DNA from: Balanoglossus misakiensis | Taxonomy: Eukaryota > Animalia > Hemichordata | Direction of reading: 5' to 3' | NCBI GenBank assembly: GCA_040954595.2 | Contig: CM082592.2 | Span: 1,860,001-1,924,000, forward strand | Length of the DNA stretch: 64,000 bases | In this document: positions 63,501-64,000 of the stretch, one piece after another | How the letters are laid out: the number at the start of each line of letters is the position of its first letter | How positions within the stretch are numbered: the stretch's first letter is position 1 | Notes under the pieces: generated by a model | What the model saw: only the letters and a program-made list of their open reading frames with translations | The model's database searches: none | Told to the model about the DNA's origin: nothing | Made by a program: the position numbers and the translations under genes

Positions 63501-64000
63501 AAATCAATGAAACAAACGATTTGCGTCAATTTCACAACGGTCGTGTACCACACACACAATACAAACACACTGCAGTTGACAGACCCTTCCTTCAGTTTTG
63601 TGACCTTGGTAATTAATTATTTAATGAAATCTGAAGACATGTTTACTTGGATAACACAGCCCGGTATTGCTTTTGAAGTCGAACCGAAATCAATGACAAA
63701 CAGTGGACGCCCAAAACATTGAAACATACTTCGTGACAAACTCAGTCTTGGCCCTGTAAATGCTAGACCCCGGCCAACAGGTAAAAAAAACAATTACACG
63801 TTGGATTCATGCACGTGTGCGGAAATCGTGGAGCTGGTCACGAAGTGTAAATCACTACATATCATTTGCATTCAGAAAGTACTGGAAAGAAATTTTACCC
63901 TAAAACTTTTCTCTATCATGTTATATCGTATATCATGCTATACCACTGCGTCCGTAATGATGGTAACGGTGGGGATATAAGGGACTTGCAGGCATACATG

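Overview
Animal (marine invertebrate, probably deuterostome; this is inference) genomic DNA with GT-AG introns, microsatellites and many transposon remnants. The centrepiece is a minus-strand type I polyketide synthase. Once a TTAA-flanked insertion is removed and two small 3' exons are spliced on, it reads KS-AT-DH-(degenerate ER)-KR-ACP-Condensation-PH. It lies head-to-head with an intact 884-aa Patched-related (PTCHD3-like, RND/SSD) transporter gene. This PKS copy has four lesions: the KS catalytic-Cys exon is missing, there are two in-frame stops, and there is a Kolobok-like insertion. Further along are a VWA + 2x MIB/HERC2 + CaaX gene and its divergent paralog(s), an intact 9-exon membrane-type MMP, and an intronless melatonin-receptor-like GPCR with a premature stop. 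Mobile elements include a LINE ORF1, a Helentron-like tandem-repeat element, an ISL2EU/Harbinger transposase relic, a long-TIR DD37E Tc1/mariner element carrying a SAM-like ORF, AcademH-like and Harbinger-like MITEs, and five double-hairpin (Crypton-like) elements.
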